A stretch of DNA of 61,945 nucleotides, filler included, from Choristocarpus tenellus KU-1152 (lineage: Eukaryota > Protista > Phaeophyceae): NCBI GenBank assembly GCA_964200185.2. It is 11 parts of 11 records of this genome, joined end to end, with 100 filler letters (N's around TTAATTAATTAA, not from the genome) between each part and the next. Parts side by side here need not be neighbours in the genome. Positions count along the whole stretch, not along the records: positions 1 to 4,025 come from CAXNAD020016611.1; positions 4,126 to 10,651 come from CAXNAD020007937.1; positions 10,752 to 14,132 come from CAXNAD020020419.1; 8 more parts are not named here. One strand, 5' to 3'. Made by a program: the position numbers and the translations under genes. Positions within the stretch are counted from its first letter, which is position 1. Each line of letters starts with the position of its first letter. The notes under the pieces were generated by a model that did not search any database, was not told the origin of the DNA, and saw only the letters and a program-made list of their open reading frames with translations. This document shows positions 1-12,625 of this stretch, piece by piece.

Positions 1-99
1 CTTGAGGTGCTCAGTGAGGGGACAATGGCAATCAATAAAATAATAAGCAACAATTACCGTGCATCTGGGGTCTTATTCATATAAAAAAGGAGGAGCAGA

Positions 100-1400
100 G
101 ATGGCAACAACAACAAAATATAAAGGGGAACACAAGGTAACAGTGGAACGCACTTGATGCAAGTTCCGAAGTAACTTGGATGACGTGTGCTATGATGTTC
201 GTGAGTGTGATGTGGATCAACTGAATATCAACTGATGCTATGCTTCTATTTACTGTCATCGATGTGATGATGAGTTGGAATACGCAATAAATAAATGAAC
301 ACTAACAACCAGTAGTGCAGTGCACCAATCAACAGTCAGTACAAGCTGGTAGTATGTGTATCATATCAACAAGAAACCAACGAGTAGCTTATGTTTTAAT
401 AGACTGAATATTTCAAGCCATAGGCCGCTCGTGTCGAAAATGAGCAAGGAAACCGCATGGCGTAGTGTGTAACGAGGAGGCACCGGGACAGGAGACATCC
501 CCATCCTCTTGAAAAGAAAAAAGAAAGACACATGATGACCATTGTATCCTCTTCTTAATGGTTTAATCGAAATGTGATACGTAGTGGGGAGAACAACCAC
601 AACAGCATGTGGGACAACACAGTTGTGTTCAATGCGCTGCTCAAGTCACTACTAATAATGCTTGTGTTATTCGTCTATATTGGTATCCACAACAAAAACG
701 CAAGGACTAAGCTGACTCCTATTTTCTTTTTTCTTCCAGAACATATTGCATCACAACCTTTTCGTATGATCCTCAACAGGGGTCCGTCCATATAGTTCAA
801 TGACTATAATAAATCGTAACCTCTCTTTCCACCTGTTGCCATCCTCTAACATGTAAGCGGTGAATGGTAGCAGGATCCGAAATAATACGTAGCATTACCC
901 ACTTATCTGTGCTTATTATGAACTTCTCTATCCTCCCCCTTTAGATCCACCGAAGAATTTTCCTGTAAGGTGAACAACACCATTCTCAAGAGTTAAATTT
1001 GAAAAGTGTTACAACGATTTCAAATAAAAGCACCCAAAACATCTCAACTCCATGACTACTCCCTACATCAAACTTCAGTTCTACATTGATGACACATAGT
1101 GGGATCACTTTGATGGGGGCAAGTAGTGTGGAGAGGAAAGATACATGACATCCTAGCAAGGTTGGAGTTGTCTTCCTCCTCCTGCAAAGCACTCCATACC
1201 TTCATGTACTGACGGTGTAGACCAAAGGTGGTGAGAGTTCCTTCAACAATGGAATACACATTTCGTTCGTAAGACAACGTAACAATTATGCCTGGATGAT
1301 CTATTGATACCGCTTGGCCTTCACAACTTAAGGGTTGTCATTAAGCGCTGATTGGGAGTGGATGTATATCCATGTATGTGGATCAATCTGATCGTAACAT
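100..1400 (-). mobile_element. Possible highly degenerate Ty3/gypsy pol (RT-RNase H) relic
   Basis: Minus-strand fragments in the expected order, across frames and with stops: DIHPLP (cf. DxYPLP), TLTTFGLHRQYMKV (cf. TAFxTPFGLYEY), LRFCCGYQYRRI (cf. LRSFLGxxxYYRRFI), LIFDTSG (cf. TDAS), AFHCYL (cf. HFRPYL). Each match is weak alone. Confidence 0.3.
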
Positions 1401-2920
1401 TTACAGAAAAAAAGAGGTGAACGTGTGGAGAATTTCAGGTACTTGGGCAGTCATTAATCATTGAATATATTATTTTGAGGGCATGCCCATCATCCCACTC
1501 TGTTGATGCTTCTACATCTTTTGCAGCAGGAACACTAAGCCAAGTGCCTCTCTCTCTCTCTCTTCTGTCCTTGCATCTTGTGCTTGTTAATACCGTGCAT
1601 CCTCTCCTTGATACTTGCTTAGCACACTGAATGCATCCCTTGAGTAACACTTCCCAAGCAAAGTGATATACACCCACACACACACACAAACAAAATAATT
1701 GTGTCATGACATGACACAAATCACCAGCACAACTCCAACATGTCAAATCAAAGAGTTAGTTTGTTGAGTACGCACTGCATTGAAGGGAGAAGTAGAGAGT
1801 AAACGCCTAGTAAATGCCTACTGCATGAAACGTCAAGTCAAAAACAAAAAGTTACACAGACACAAACACACACATTCTTCATCAAGAGGAACCTGAACTA
1901 ATTGGAAGGGCAGGAATTGCAAGCGCTACTGCTCTTCTTCTTCTCCTGGGTGAGATCTCAATGGCTAGAAGTTGTTCTAGCAAGAGACAAGGACCTCAGA
2001 AAGATACAGCACCTAGCAAAGATTGACATGAGTCCCCACTTCTGTCAAATTTTGACTGGCTAGACTTTGGGCCGAATTGGAGGTTAGTACCACCATGTCG
2101 CACTACCATTCAATTGGATGCAACATCAAGCCAAAGACTACACCTCTCAAGAAGTGCAAGAAGAGATGAAACATGCTCATTATACATTTTTGCACCTGCT
2201 CTCAATACATCCCTTAGTTTTCTTGACAGACTCCCCCACTACACCACCTGAAGATGTAGAACTCCTCTGCTACTCATTGCAGGGAGTGGTGACTAATAGC
2301 GCTACAAATGAGGGAGAAAGCACTCAATGGATAAGACAGGTCAGAACAAAAGGGCAAGAGCTGTAGATCAAGGCAACCGCCCCTTGGTGCCTCAACTGAC
2401 AGGCGGAGGACGGGGAGAAGTCACCAAGCGAACAACATCTCCTTTACCCAGTCGTCGCCCCTGAACTTTTCCAGCAGGAACCTACATGACTCTTCAATCA
2501 ATCACCCCCACCACAATAACCTCTCCACACTAAATCAAACCACGCAGTTCCGTTCCATCCCTTTCCCCGCACCTCAACTCTTTTACAACAGCGATCGATT
2601 CCAATTGGTGACACGCCCTGCAACTCTATGGAAAGCACACAGGACGACCCAAAACATCCCCACTCCAGCAAATGAACACCTCAACTTTTTACTTGTTCCC
2701 GGTCTTATCCCCTCCCTCCCCATCCTTTTTGGACTCTTCACTGCCACTAGCGCCCCCATCCCCTCCCGATATCTGCTCCATAGCAGCCTTGATTCGCGGG
2801 TCACTTGGGTCCACCCCAGGGATCTGGACAAACAAACAGCAATATAAAAAAATTAAAAATTCAGCACAAGAAGTGAGATGTGGCACAACTCCTCCTGTAG
2901 AGGCTCTGGGAATTAATTAA

Positions 2921-3157
2921 ATCTTCAATCACCGATAGATCACTTTCCAAGCCCCATGGCTCTCCAACACACACACACACACACGTGGGACTCTGCTCCT
3001 GCCCATCTGTGAGAGACAGTTCTATTTCTAGTGCAGGATTTAAACCTTCAATCACCAATAGATCACTTCCCAAGCCCCATGACTCTCCAACACATACATA
3101 AACATGTAGGACTCTGCTCCTGCCCATCTCTGAAAGACGAATATATTTATAGTGCAG
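2921..3157. repeat. Two diverged tandem copies of a ~122-bp unit
   Basis: cttcaatcacc(g/a)atagatcactt...ggactctgctcctgcccatct...agtgcag occurs at 2923 and again at 3046. Confidence 0.9.
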
Positions 3158-3644
3158 TTCTCTGTAAACCGTATCTCTGTTTTTGTTTTTGCAGGTTCAC
3201 CACGTTCCTACAGTCTCGCGGATGGAGGTGCTGGAAGAACACTGTGGTGCCTTGACCCTAGAGTGATCCACTGACCACCCAACCCACTGAGCTACAGAGT
3301 GCTCTGGGGCCAACGGGTACCTCACGTTCTACCATAACCTTCACCGACACAACATCACATCAGGCAGGCGCCATACCAAAGGTTCCCAAAGTTGAGCACG
3401 ACTATTTACGGAGTAGGATTCCAATCTACAACTGGGATAGAAAAGAAGCACCACCGACAGAGGACACGACTGAATTGTAGTGTCCCATGGCAAGCCAAGA
3501 GCACAGTCCCATTGTAGTGCACCATCACGTAAGAGAGACTACAATGGAAACTGATGGGGGTACTTGTAGGACCTGTGAGGGCATAGGGCCTTGAGTGAAA
3601 ACTGCAGTCAACGTAAATTACTATTTGAGGTACGAATCCCTTTT

Positions 3645-3912
3645 GAGCCAAAGTATCTCTTAGAGGTTACAGCCGCGACCACTTGGGGGCCCAAAATCCA
3701 ATGTTGCAAATTTGATGTAATTTTGGCTATCGTGTTTGTTAGTTAGGAAGTGCCTATATATCCTTGTTCCGGACACACCTTTTCATAACTTGTACATTTT
3801 TCTACTCCGAAACGTTATGAAAAATATTGCAAAAAAACCCCATGGGAAGCCAAGCCCCATACAAACGGACAAACAGGGCAAAACTATTAGCCTCTTAGAT
3901 ACTTTCAGCCTC
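3645..3912 (+). mobile_element. MITE family A (~260-270 bp), near-complete copy
   Basis: Ends gagccaaagtatctcttagagg...cctcttagatactttcagcctc are imperfect inverted repeats. The body is homologous to copies at 12626, 13896, 17757 and 61870. A family-B terminus (ctcaaagtatctgggg) overlaps its right end. Confidence 0.8.
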
Positions 3913-4125
3913 AAAGTATCTGGGGGGGGGGGGGGGGGGGGGGGGGGCGGTCTTTTGGGGGCTTTTTTTTTTTTTTCCGTTTTTTTTGTGGTTTTTTTTT
4001 CTACCGCCGGGTGGAAAAGAAAAAANNNNNNNNNNNNNNNNNNNNNNNNNNNNNNNNNNNNNNNNNNNNTTAATTAATTAANNNNNNNNNNNNNNNNNNN
4101 NNNNNNNNNNNNNNNNNNNNNNNNN

Positions 4126-7100
4126 CTGTCCCCCCCACCATCCCGTTCCACATTTATCGACCTGATACCTACTGGTTGCCCTCCCCCCCCTCCCCCAGTC
4201 CCCTCATCGTCATCTCTACCAACATTAGATTGACTCCTGGTGCTGGATTCTTCTTCAGTAAACTCCTCCTCCTCCCCCCCCTCCCTTGCCAAGTTGTTTG
4301 ACTTAACATCAGTGCTGCCCTTGTCTGTCAATACTGATGGGAACAGTCCTGCTGTGCTGGGGACATAACGATCATCACCCTCTGCTTGAGAGAGAGGGGG
4401 GGGTATAGCTGCTAAGGCCTGTAGCTCCACTGCCGCTGTTCCATCACTTCACATAAACACCAGACATTTTAACACACCAACAGTAAAAGGTAGAGTGTAC
4501 AGTCATTGGTAGGGCCAAGGACGAAGGGGGAGTAGTGGGGGGGGGGGAGAGGAAGGGAGAGGAGAAAGACAAAGAGTCAGTATTGAACACACAGAGTTTC
4601 AAACAAAGGATTAGTACAGTTGAGGTTGGGACGGCAGGGCTGAGTAGGTCATGATTGAATGACATAAGCTAGGGTTGAAGCTACAAATATATAGAGCAAG
4701 TCATCCTAGCATACATGTTGCCCATTACAGAACACACCCTAACCCTAGCCCTTAAGTCCAACAGAAGACACAAGAAACAAACCCATGAGTGGAGAAGAAG
4801 ACAAGAAAAAAACACCACCACAACTGACCAAAGGCCTTTTTCATATTGAAACAAAATACATTTTGACCATTTCTAGGAATCCTATAGTGAAACAATATAC
4901 AACTCTTGGACAGCATGACTCACATATATATGTATGATGTAGATAAATATATACCATATAGCAATACCAGGAAGACTATGGTTTCCTGTCAACTAGTACT
5001 GTCAACTAGTATTGCTACTTCTGCGTTTAATTTGACTTTGGTGTGATGGCAGTAGTGCTTGGAATGCAACCATACAAGGCTCTTTTCTTAGGTTACAATA
5101 CACCAATCTCAAGACCAACAGTAATTGTGCCATCATTTGGTTAGGGTTAGGGTTTTAACCCTAAGTTAATAGTAGACATAACTTGTTTCTCATTACACTA
5201 CCAACATACCTTCTTCAAACACACAAAACATAAAACACTCATACTGATTAGGAGGTAGGCTACCCTAACCCTAACATGGAATAATTGAAAGGGATGTCCT
5301 ACTGGACCACCTTGAAATTCAAAGTGTTCCAATGGGTGTAACTAATGTTATCATGCCTTGTCCCCCTGCCTCAACCTCAAATCTAACCCTTGGCAACACT
5401 TTCTCCAATAAATATATGGGGGTGCAGAGGTTGTGTCTTGTGTTTTGGGCTACTTGGGTGATCCAGATTATCATATAGTTGCAATTCAAGTCCATTCATA
5501 GTACTTTGAGTTACTCGAGCTGAATGGCATTCAAAATCTTCATTTTCTGGAATCAAAGAGAGTGAGCTCATGTCCCCTCCTATGGAGGGGGTGGATGCCA
5601 AAGTAGCCCTAACCTCAACCTTATTAGCATCACCTCAATTCATTCCCAAAAAAACAACGAAACCTAAACTAAACTCAGTGTAAGAATTACTCCATAAACA
5701 TATTGTTATGAGAAATAAATTATGTAAATAAAAGTGAAATAAACTATTTTAGAATCTTGGACTGCTGTTAACCCTAACCCTATCCCCAACTCCAATGCTA
5801 GTCCACAGTACAAACCAACTTTTGAAACATTGAAAGCATACAGTGGTGTTAACCTATGAAAATTTCAAAGGCATTTGAGGCAAGACTTGCATGACCACAG
5901 TATATGACACCTATTCAGTGAATTCCAGGTGGCAGCATACTCATTGCAGTCAAACCACTCCACCACACCAGCATCTCTAAGGTCATTGTTAAGGCCCTCC
6001 TGCTCCATGTCCATCAGTTAGAAGAGTCAGGACCAAACAAGGAGAGGTTGAGATATAGGGGTGGGTTAGGGTTAGGGTCATGGAGCATTTTTCGGACTTC
6101 TTGTGCAATTGAATCGTGGTATGTCCAAAACTATTTTAAAAATTCAGCAAAAAACACTAAATCAACGCCAGCCCTAACCCTTAATACCAGATATATTAAA
6201 AATGAATCAAGTAATGACATCAGAGTTATTATTACGTGTATTTCATAATATTCATATTACTTGCATAATAGTTGTGAAGTCTACTGGGGTCATGAGTGAG
6301 TTATGAGATATTTGGTACTAGGGTTAGGGTCTAACCCTTGCCCAATTTAGAATGCATAATGCTTGCTACAGAGTATCATATCAATAACTGTAAATAAAAA
6401 AATGTTACAAAAGGTGGTGCACGACAAAGGGTTAGGGTTAAGTGTAAATAGAGTTAAGGGTTAAGGTTAAGCGTAAGCACAGGAAGTGCTATAATGTATG
6501 AGTGTGATGCAGTAGTAACACAGATTAGGATTAGAGTTATGGTTAAGTACAATAAAAAAACATACAGGACATGCTAACCAAACAACTGCACCCAACGCCT
6601 TCAACTTGTTGGAAAACCAAGATACAGAACTATATATTTGAAGTACAAGATAAAGATCAAAACCTTGTTGCACTCCACCAGGAACTGAACAGTACATTCT
6701 TGTCAGTGTTGGCACCATAGTCATCATAGTCATCATGGTCATTTAACCAATGCCAGGAGTATCTGGGTTAGGGTTAGGATATCTTGGGTATTTAGGGTAT
6801 CTTGGATAGAAAGGGTTAGGGTTAGTGTTTGAATGACTTCTTTCACGTCTATCAATAGTTCTATCTGAAGGGTTAGGGTTAGGTTTAGGGATAGATTTCT
6901 ATATCTACAAATTCATATGCTGGGTGTAGGTTAAAAATTAAAAAAAAAACTGACTTGGCAGAAAGGCGTTCATTGGTCAGGGTTAGGGTTTGACAAGTTT
7001 GAGAGGGGTGTTTCAGTGTTGAGGATTGGTTAGTAACAAGCACATATGAGAATCACTACAACAATACTACAATACTACAATACTACAATTCTACAATACT

Positions 7101-8117
7101 ACAATACTACAATTCTACAATACTACAATTCTATAATACTACAATTCTACAATTCTACAATTCTATAATACTACAATTCTACAATACTACAATTCTACAA
7201 TACTACAATTCTACAATTCTACAATTCTACAATACTACAATTCTACAATACTACAATTCTACAATTCTATAATACTACAATTCTACAATACTACAATTCT
7301 ACAATACTACAATTCTACAATACTACAATACTACAATACTACAATTCTACAATTCTACAATTCTAGCGTGTGCCTGAACACACCGTCCAAATTGAAGTCA
7401 CCAAAAAACACAAACATGTAGCGCAGGTTGTAAGATGTAATATATGTAAGATGTAATATATTTAAGATGTAATATATGTAATATATTTAAAGTGTAATGT
7501 GTATTGTGTAATATGTATAAATCGTAATGTGTAATGTGGACTGGTCCAGCTGTATGGTGGGGTTATGAATATTTTCTGGGAAACATATCTCACTGTGTTG
7601 TTAACGAATTGAAATGGATTGGAAGCTAGGGTTAGGGAGGATGAAATTGAGGCACAATATGTGCAAAAGAGTAACATGAAAACGTTGTAGGGGAAGGAAA
7701 ACCCTAACCCTAAATGTCAGTCCACAGAACAATGTACAGAAACAAAAGAAATGTGAGGGGAATATGAAGCATGTAGAAAACATAGCTACAAATTTGGTAA
7801 TAAGGTTAGGATTAGGATTAGGGTTAGGGTTAGCAGCACTAATAACTCAGATAATATCACTATTATTATTTCTACCATCATACTTGATTAAAACAAGAAA
7901 CAGAGTAACATGGGCAGGTAGTAATTGGTAGGTGTTTAGGGCTAGGATTAGGGTTAAGGATATTTACCTCTTCAGTGCACTCCGCCAAAGCATCCAGAAC
8001 GCACTCCAGGCCCCCAAAACTCTCCTTACTAGCATCGAAGCAGGCATTGAGAGAGGAACTCTTGTCGTCATACATCCTCAGGACACACTTCAACACAGGA
8101 TGGTGTGGACTAGAATA
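4126..8117 (-). CDS. Fragment of a multi-exon gene, unknown product
   Basis: Candidate AG/GT-bounded exons: 8117-7968 (YSSPHHPVLKCVLRMYDD...LAECTEE, 150 nt), ~6684-6598, ~5999-5911 (EGLNNDLRDAGVVEWFDCNEYAATWNSLN) and 4435 to the contig end (low-complexity). Phases could not be fully reconciled. Confidence 0.4.
7054..7345. repeat. 9-bp tandem repeat AAT(A/T)CTACA, ~30 copies
   Basis: Direct reading: aatactaca and aattctaca units alternate. Confidence 0.95.
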
Positions 8118-8888
8118 CTGACAAGTGTAGGGTTAGGGAAGGGGAAGGGGGGAGGGGACGTTCTTGGTGGGGGCAGTGTTGACTTGCTATCAAGGAACAG
8201 GTGGTTCACATCATATCTTGCCACAGTTACATTGTGTGTTAAGACAAACTGATGATTGTATTCTCTAGTACTGGATTGGAAAAAAAAAAAAATTGTTGAA
8301 AATCATAAAAAATATAAGATGTTCCATCTAGAGCATGTTCAAGATTGTGCAAAGTATCAAACATTTGAAATCATATCAAATTTAAACATGTTTCCACACA
8401 ATGCAAAATATGAATTGCTCCAAATCATACACAATCACAATAAAAACTGCCAAATCATAGAAAACATAACCTGTTCAAATGATGCAAAATACAAGATGTT
8501 CCAAATCAAATTTAAAAAAAAATTCCAGATTATACAAAACAAAAAAATATGTACACAAACCTTTGTAGGAAGAGACTGTATATTCTTTGAACACTCATGA
8601 TAAAATACACACATTGGGTAAACTATTCCAAAAAATATGCAGATAGATTTTTTCTATTTTTAAACAACTCACATACACATACAGACAACACACGTACTCC
8701 AGACTACTTGCTCAAAATTATTCTTTCATTCCTGCAAACAAATGTTTTCTACTTGACATGTTCCTAACCCTAACACTAACCCTAACGCTTTCATAGTGTG
8801 AACAAATCAAAAATATCAACAGGAAGAGTTAATCTAGAAAATCAGAACACACACACACATTACATTATTTTATAGTATGAATTATGGA

Positions 8889-9259
8889 ACACACTATCAA
8901 TAATAACATAGGGCTATCATACAATATCAATACTAACACATAGTTATCATATAACACTATCAATATTAACATGTGGTCATCATACACTCTGATGTAGCTA
9001 TAGTGTAACACTATCAATATAAACATATATATATGGGTAACACTACCATTACTAACATGTAGTGATCATACAACACTATCAATATTAACATGCAGTTATC
9101 ATAAGAGTGTCATCAATACTAACATGTAGTGATCATACAACACTATCAATATGAACATGCAGTTATCATAGAGTGTCATCAATACTAACATGCAGTTATC
9201 ATATAACACTATCAATATGAACATGCAGTTATCATAAGAGTGTCATCAGTACTTACATG
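8889..9259. repeat. ~33-34-bp minisatellite with two alternating unit types
   Basis: Repeated aacatgcagttatcata..., aacactatcaata and gagtgtcatcaata units. Confidence 0.85.
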
Positions 9260-10330
9260 TACTCCCTTTGTTTGGGTTGATTAAACACCTATGAGTTTGG
9301 AAGGGTGGAATGCCACACCCTGGGACAATGAAGATATGGGAAGATAGGATATGTTTGTATACATTGTCATTAAGCTCTGTTTAAAATTTAGTGAAAAAAA
9401 TCAGTACATCCCAAGCTCTATGGTCTTCCCCTCAGCCTGCAGGAAAGCCATTCCCTTGGTCACCAAAGCTGCATCTACATACACTACTATCTGCGTATCC
9501 TCTTGTATATTACACACTCCCTTGGTGTTGTTAACCCTAACCCTAAGTACTTCAACACAGCCTTGTACTGTGCAAAGAGACTCTGCCAGACCTTGTTATG
9601 GGTCTCAGTGTCATACTCTTCACATTGTGTACCAGTTCCTCAATGTTGTCCAAGCAAAGGCACCCAGAACTGGTCTGCAGAGAGTGGAAGAATCTGAGGT
9701 CCAGAGTGTTCAAACCCGGGGACTGGGCAACTTGTTTGAGCACACATATTGAGAATCCTCTAGCAGTGGTCCAATCATCCACTGCTTTCTCGGCAGATGT
9801 TGGATGTGGCCTTGCATTGTCGTCCTGAAGGAAAACAAAGTCTGCTTTAGGGTTAGGCTAACCCTAACCCTAACCCTAAACCCTAAACCCTGCTTTAACA
9901 GGCATGAGTGAGACACTAAAGCTGGCAAGACCTCTGAGCATGTTCTCATAAAGCTCACCAGTCATGTTGGCAGTCTTTGTCTCAATGATACCTTACTTAG
10001 GGTTAGGGTTAGGGTTAGGCGTGATTACAGGATGATCGTCTTGCTTCAACTCACTCTGTCAGTGGTCAAATGTCGATCTTACTGTCCCACCAAGTTCCAT
10101 CCTCCAAAATGCGGGAGGGTGTATTGACAGTCAGAAACATCACTTTTGGAATGGGTGACTTGCTCGTGATCCGAGGACACTTAGGTGGTGCCTCCACAGG
10201 CTTGATGTAAACCCTTTGCCGTTCGGAAACCAGGTCAAACCCTAACCCTAACCCTAACCCTAACCATCTTTGACCGAGGTGGACACGGTCAAACATGAGC
10301 TCAAACACGTGCCCCGTACCCTTTTTCAGG
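9260..10330 (-). mobile_element. Dead Tc1/mariner transposon (DD39D/plant-mariner-like) with transposase pseudogene
   Basis: Minus-strand motifs in order: MFDRVHLGQRW|FDL (cf. VHxDEKWFYL), SKSPIPKVMFL, WDSKIDI*PL, ARRSSCN, GIIETK, EVLPA, QDDNARPH, KQVAQSPGLNTLDLRFFHSLQ, NIEELV, KVWQSLFAQYKAVL. Stop at 9403-9401. A TA+CTCCCT terminus at 9260-9267 resembles Stowaway/DD39D TIRs. Multiple stops and frameshifts. Confidence 0.9.
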
Positions 10331-10751
10331 ACGATAAACATGATGATAAACATGATGATAAACATGTTAAGCTGTCCTTGACGATCTGTTGTCCCACACA
10401 ACTAGTTATATTATTGTTTATTGACTTGTACCACAGTTGAGAAGAGAGTGAGATACCTGTACTAGGTGGGGCTCACCAGTCCTTACACTTAATGACTCAG
10501 AATATCAAATGACTCAATGTTTCTCTAGTACACGTCAGAAACACTCCGACTCTAATAGTCCGCCGATTACTTCTGGTCAAATACCCTAACCCTAAATATC
10601 CCAAATGTCCCGCATTATCTTCTGTGCGTACATAAAATAATACTTCAAATCNNNNNNNNNNNNNNNNNNNNNNNNNNNNNNNNNNNNNNNNNNNNTTAAT
10701 TAATTAANNNNNNNNNNNNNNNNNNNNNNNNNNNNNNNNNNNNNNNNNNNN

Positions 10752-10816
10752 CCGGTGATTCTCTTCGCCACCCTTGCCTGAGTGAACCACCCCGCCACAG
10801 AATCACACGATTCACA
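10752..10816. mobile_element. LTR-like terminus shared with 32499-32564
   Basis: ~65 bp nearly identical at two contig starts. Homology stops sharply at ...cgattcaCA, as expected for a TG...CA LTR boundary. Confidence 0.55.
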
Positions 10817-10932
10817 CATACTATAATTCAAAATGCTTACATTATAATACTATAATCATTATATAATCATGTACAACATGATATGGTGTAACACTCTTCA
10901 AAGTGCTGTTGCAGAGTTAAAGTAATCAAGAT

Positions 10933-11370
10933 GTACCCAAGTTTTGCCCGTTTTGCGTTTCAAGTCAGTTTTTCGATCTTTTGCAATTCACCAGTAACAC
11001 TTCTATGGATGAAGTTCAAGGTTTAACTTGAGACCATTTTCTATTGTTTGAAAATTTTCAAAATAATTCAGAGAATTTTCTACTACATATACTTGTAAAA
11101 AAAATCGAGTATTGAACATGTTTGTCAGTATGCTTGAAAATGCAACTCTGGATACCTCTCATTCACTTAGACTCGCAACACCTCTATTATTATGCGGTGC
11201 CGAAACATTGACCCCAAAATAAATGAGGGGCACCCAGGTATTGGTCGTTTTGCGTTTTAAGATTTTCTATCAATTACATTTCAGTCCTATTCTAATGGAT
11301 GATTTGCTAAGTTTGACTTGGGGACGTTGATTTTTCCATTCTTCTAAACTTTCAAAAAATTGTTTGAGGA
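10933..11370. repeat. Two diverged copies of a ~140-bp AT-rich repeat
   Basis: accca(a/g)gt..tg..cgttttgcgttt.aag...atggatga...gttt.acttg occurs at ~10933 and ~11231. Confidence 0.6.
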
Positions 11371-12625
11371 ATTGCGCTTCCTCAAGTCGACACTGATGTA
11401 CAGAATGGGCAACAGGGTCGCTATCACACCCTCAAGCAGAACTTTTGAAAATGTACATGCCTACTGTTGCGATATAGAAATCTCCGTTGAGTACATGCAT
11501 GACCTGGAAAGAAACGGAAGTATGAGGTCATGTGATGCGTGCAACTTGTATAGGATGGATCATCCTCAATATGCCCTGATAATTAAATATTTCAGGATGA
11601 AGATTCAGCAATGTTGCATGTTCCAGAAGCTTTTGAGATCATGTATCCTATCCATGATGGACTTCTTACTTCTTTTTTGAGCTGCATAATTGGCATGCAT
11701 GTATTACTTCCTGAACACATAAGTGATACAGCGCATCTTCGGATGCTTCAATTAAACTAACGGTTGCATACCTGACGGATGTGGACATGAAGGTGGTCTA
11801 AAAGGAGAAATCACCCTGAGGTATCCTGGAATAGAGGATGTGATGTCCATCCGCACTATGCTCTCCTTGACTTCTCTGTTGACGTGTTAGCATAATTTAG
11901 TCCTGTGCACATAACAAATCACATTGGAGGTTCAAGGATCGAAGCGCTTGTGCTGGGCCAATGCTTGACTTCGTGTAGGGAGTTCATGAAGAAGTTGGAA
12001 GGGAGTGTTGAGTACAGTCCAGTTCAAAACATAGTTAAAACTATGTTATCCCTATGACAGTCCAAAGACCAAAACATAATAGTAGGACGACAGAGTACAC
12101 ATGCAAGAAAATGAAAAAAAGTTAAAAACGGGTACCTAGCGTTACGAAGCATTTAGTTGTCTAAGAAGATGTGCAAAAAATGTTGTATGTTGATGTACGA
12201 TAGCAAGGGGAAGTTTATGAAGTAATCTGAGTTTTGTGAGCAGGAGAATTCGTAGGAGGGAATACGTATGGTAAGTGGGGAGTTGGCAGGGGTAACAAGA
12301 AAATAATTGGAAGGTGGACGAAAAGAAGAAGTAGGAGAGAAGTTAAAGAAATAAGTGTAAGGTGGAGGCACGATATCACATCACACACTATTTATACTAA
12401 CATAACATAAAACATAACATAACACAGGTTTCATCGAAAGGGCAACACTATGTTTTGCCCATAACAATAACATGTACTATGTTATAAACACGCAGTGCAA
12501 AATATAAATTATGATATGCTGTTACAAGGGTTTCCGGTTGTACACCCTTCATTCACCAAATATATACTATTATGTCCTCTTGGCATTTGCAGATGTGTCA
12601 GGGGAAAAACCAATGACAAGTCAAT

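Noticed and set aside
4026-4125. N44-TTAATTAATTAA-N44 blocks, ten in the window
   Set aside because: Artificial contig linkers with stops in all six frames. They are not biological, and no synteny can be read across them.
5911-8117. Resemblance of GFDLYLVLQ and neighbouring exons to IP3/ryanodine-receptor-like channels
   Set aside because: A single short motif; the expected downstream motif was not found and exon phases are unresolved.
9407-9475. Apparent host exon DAALVTKGMAFLQAEGK
   Set aside because: Better explained as the C-terminus of the mariner transposase, ending at TGA 9403-9401 inside the TA-CTCCCT terminus.
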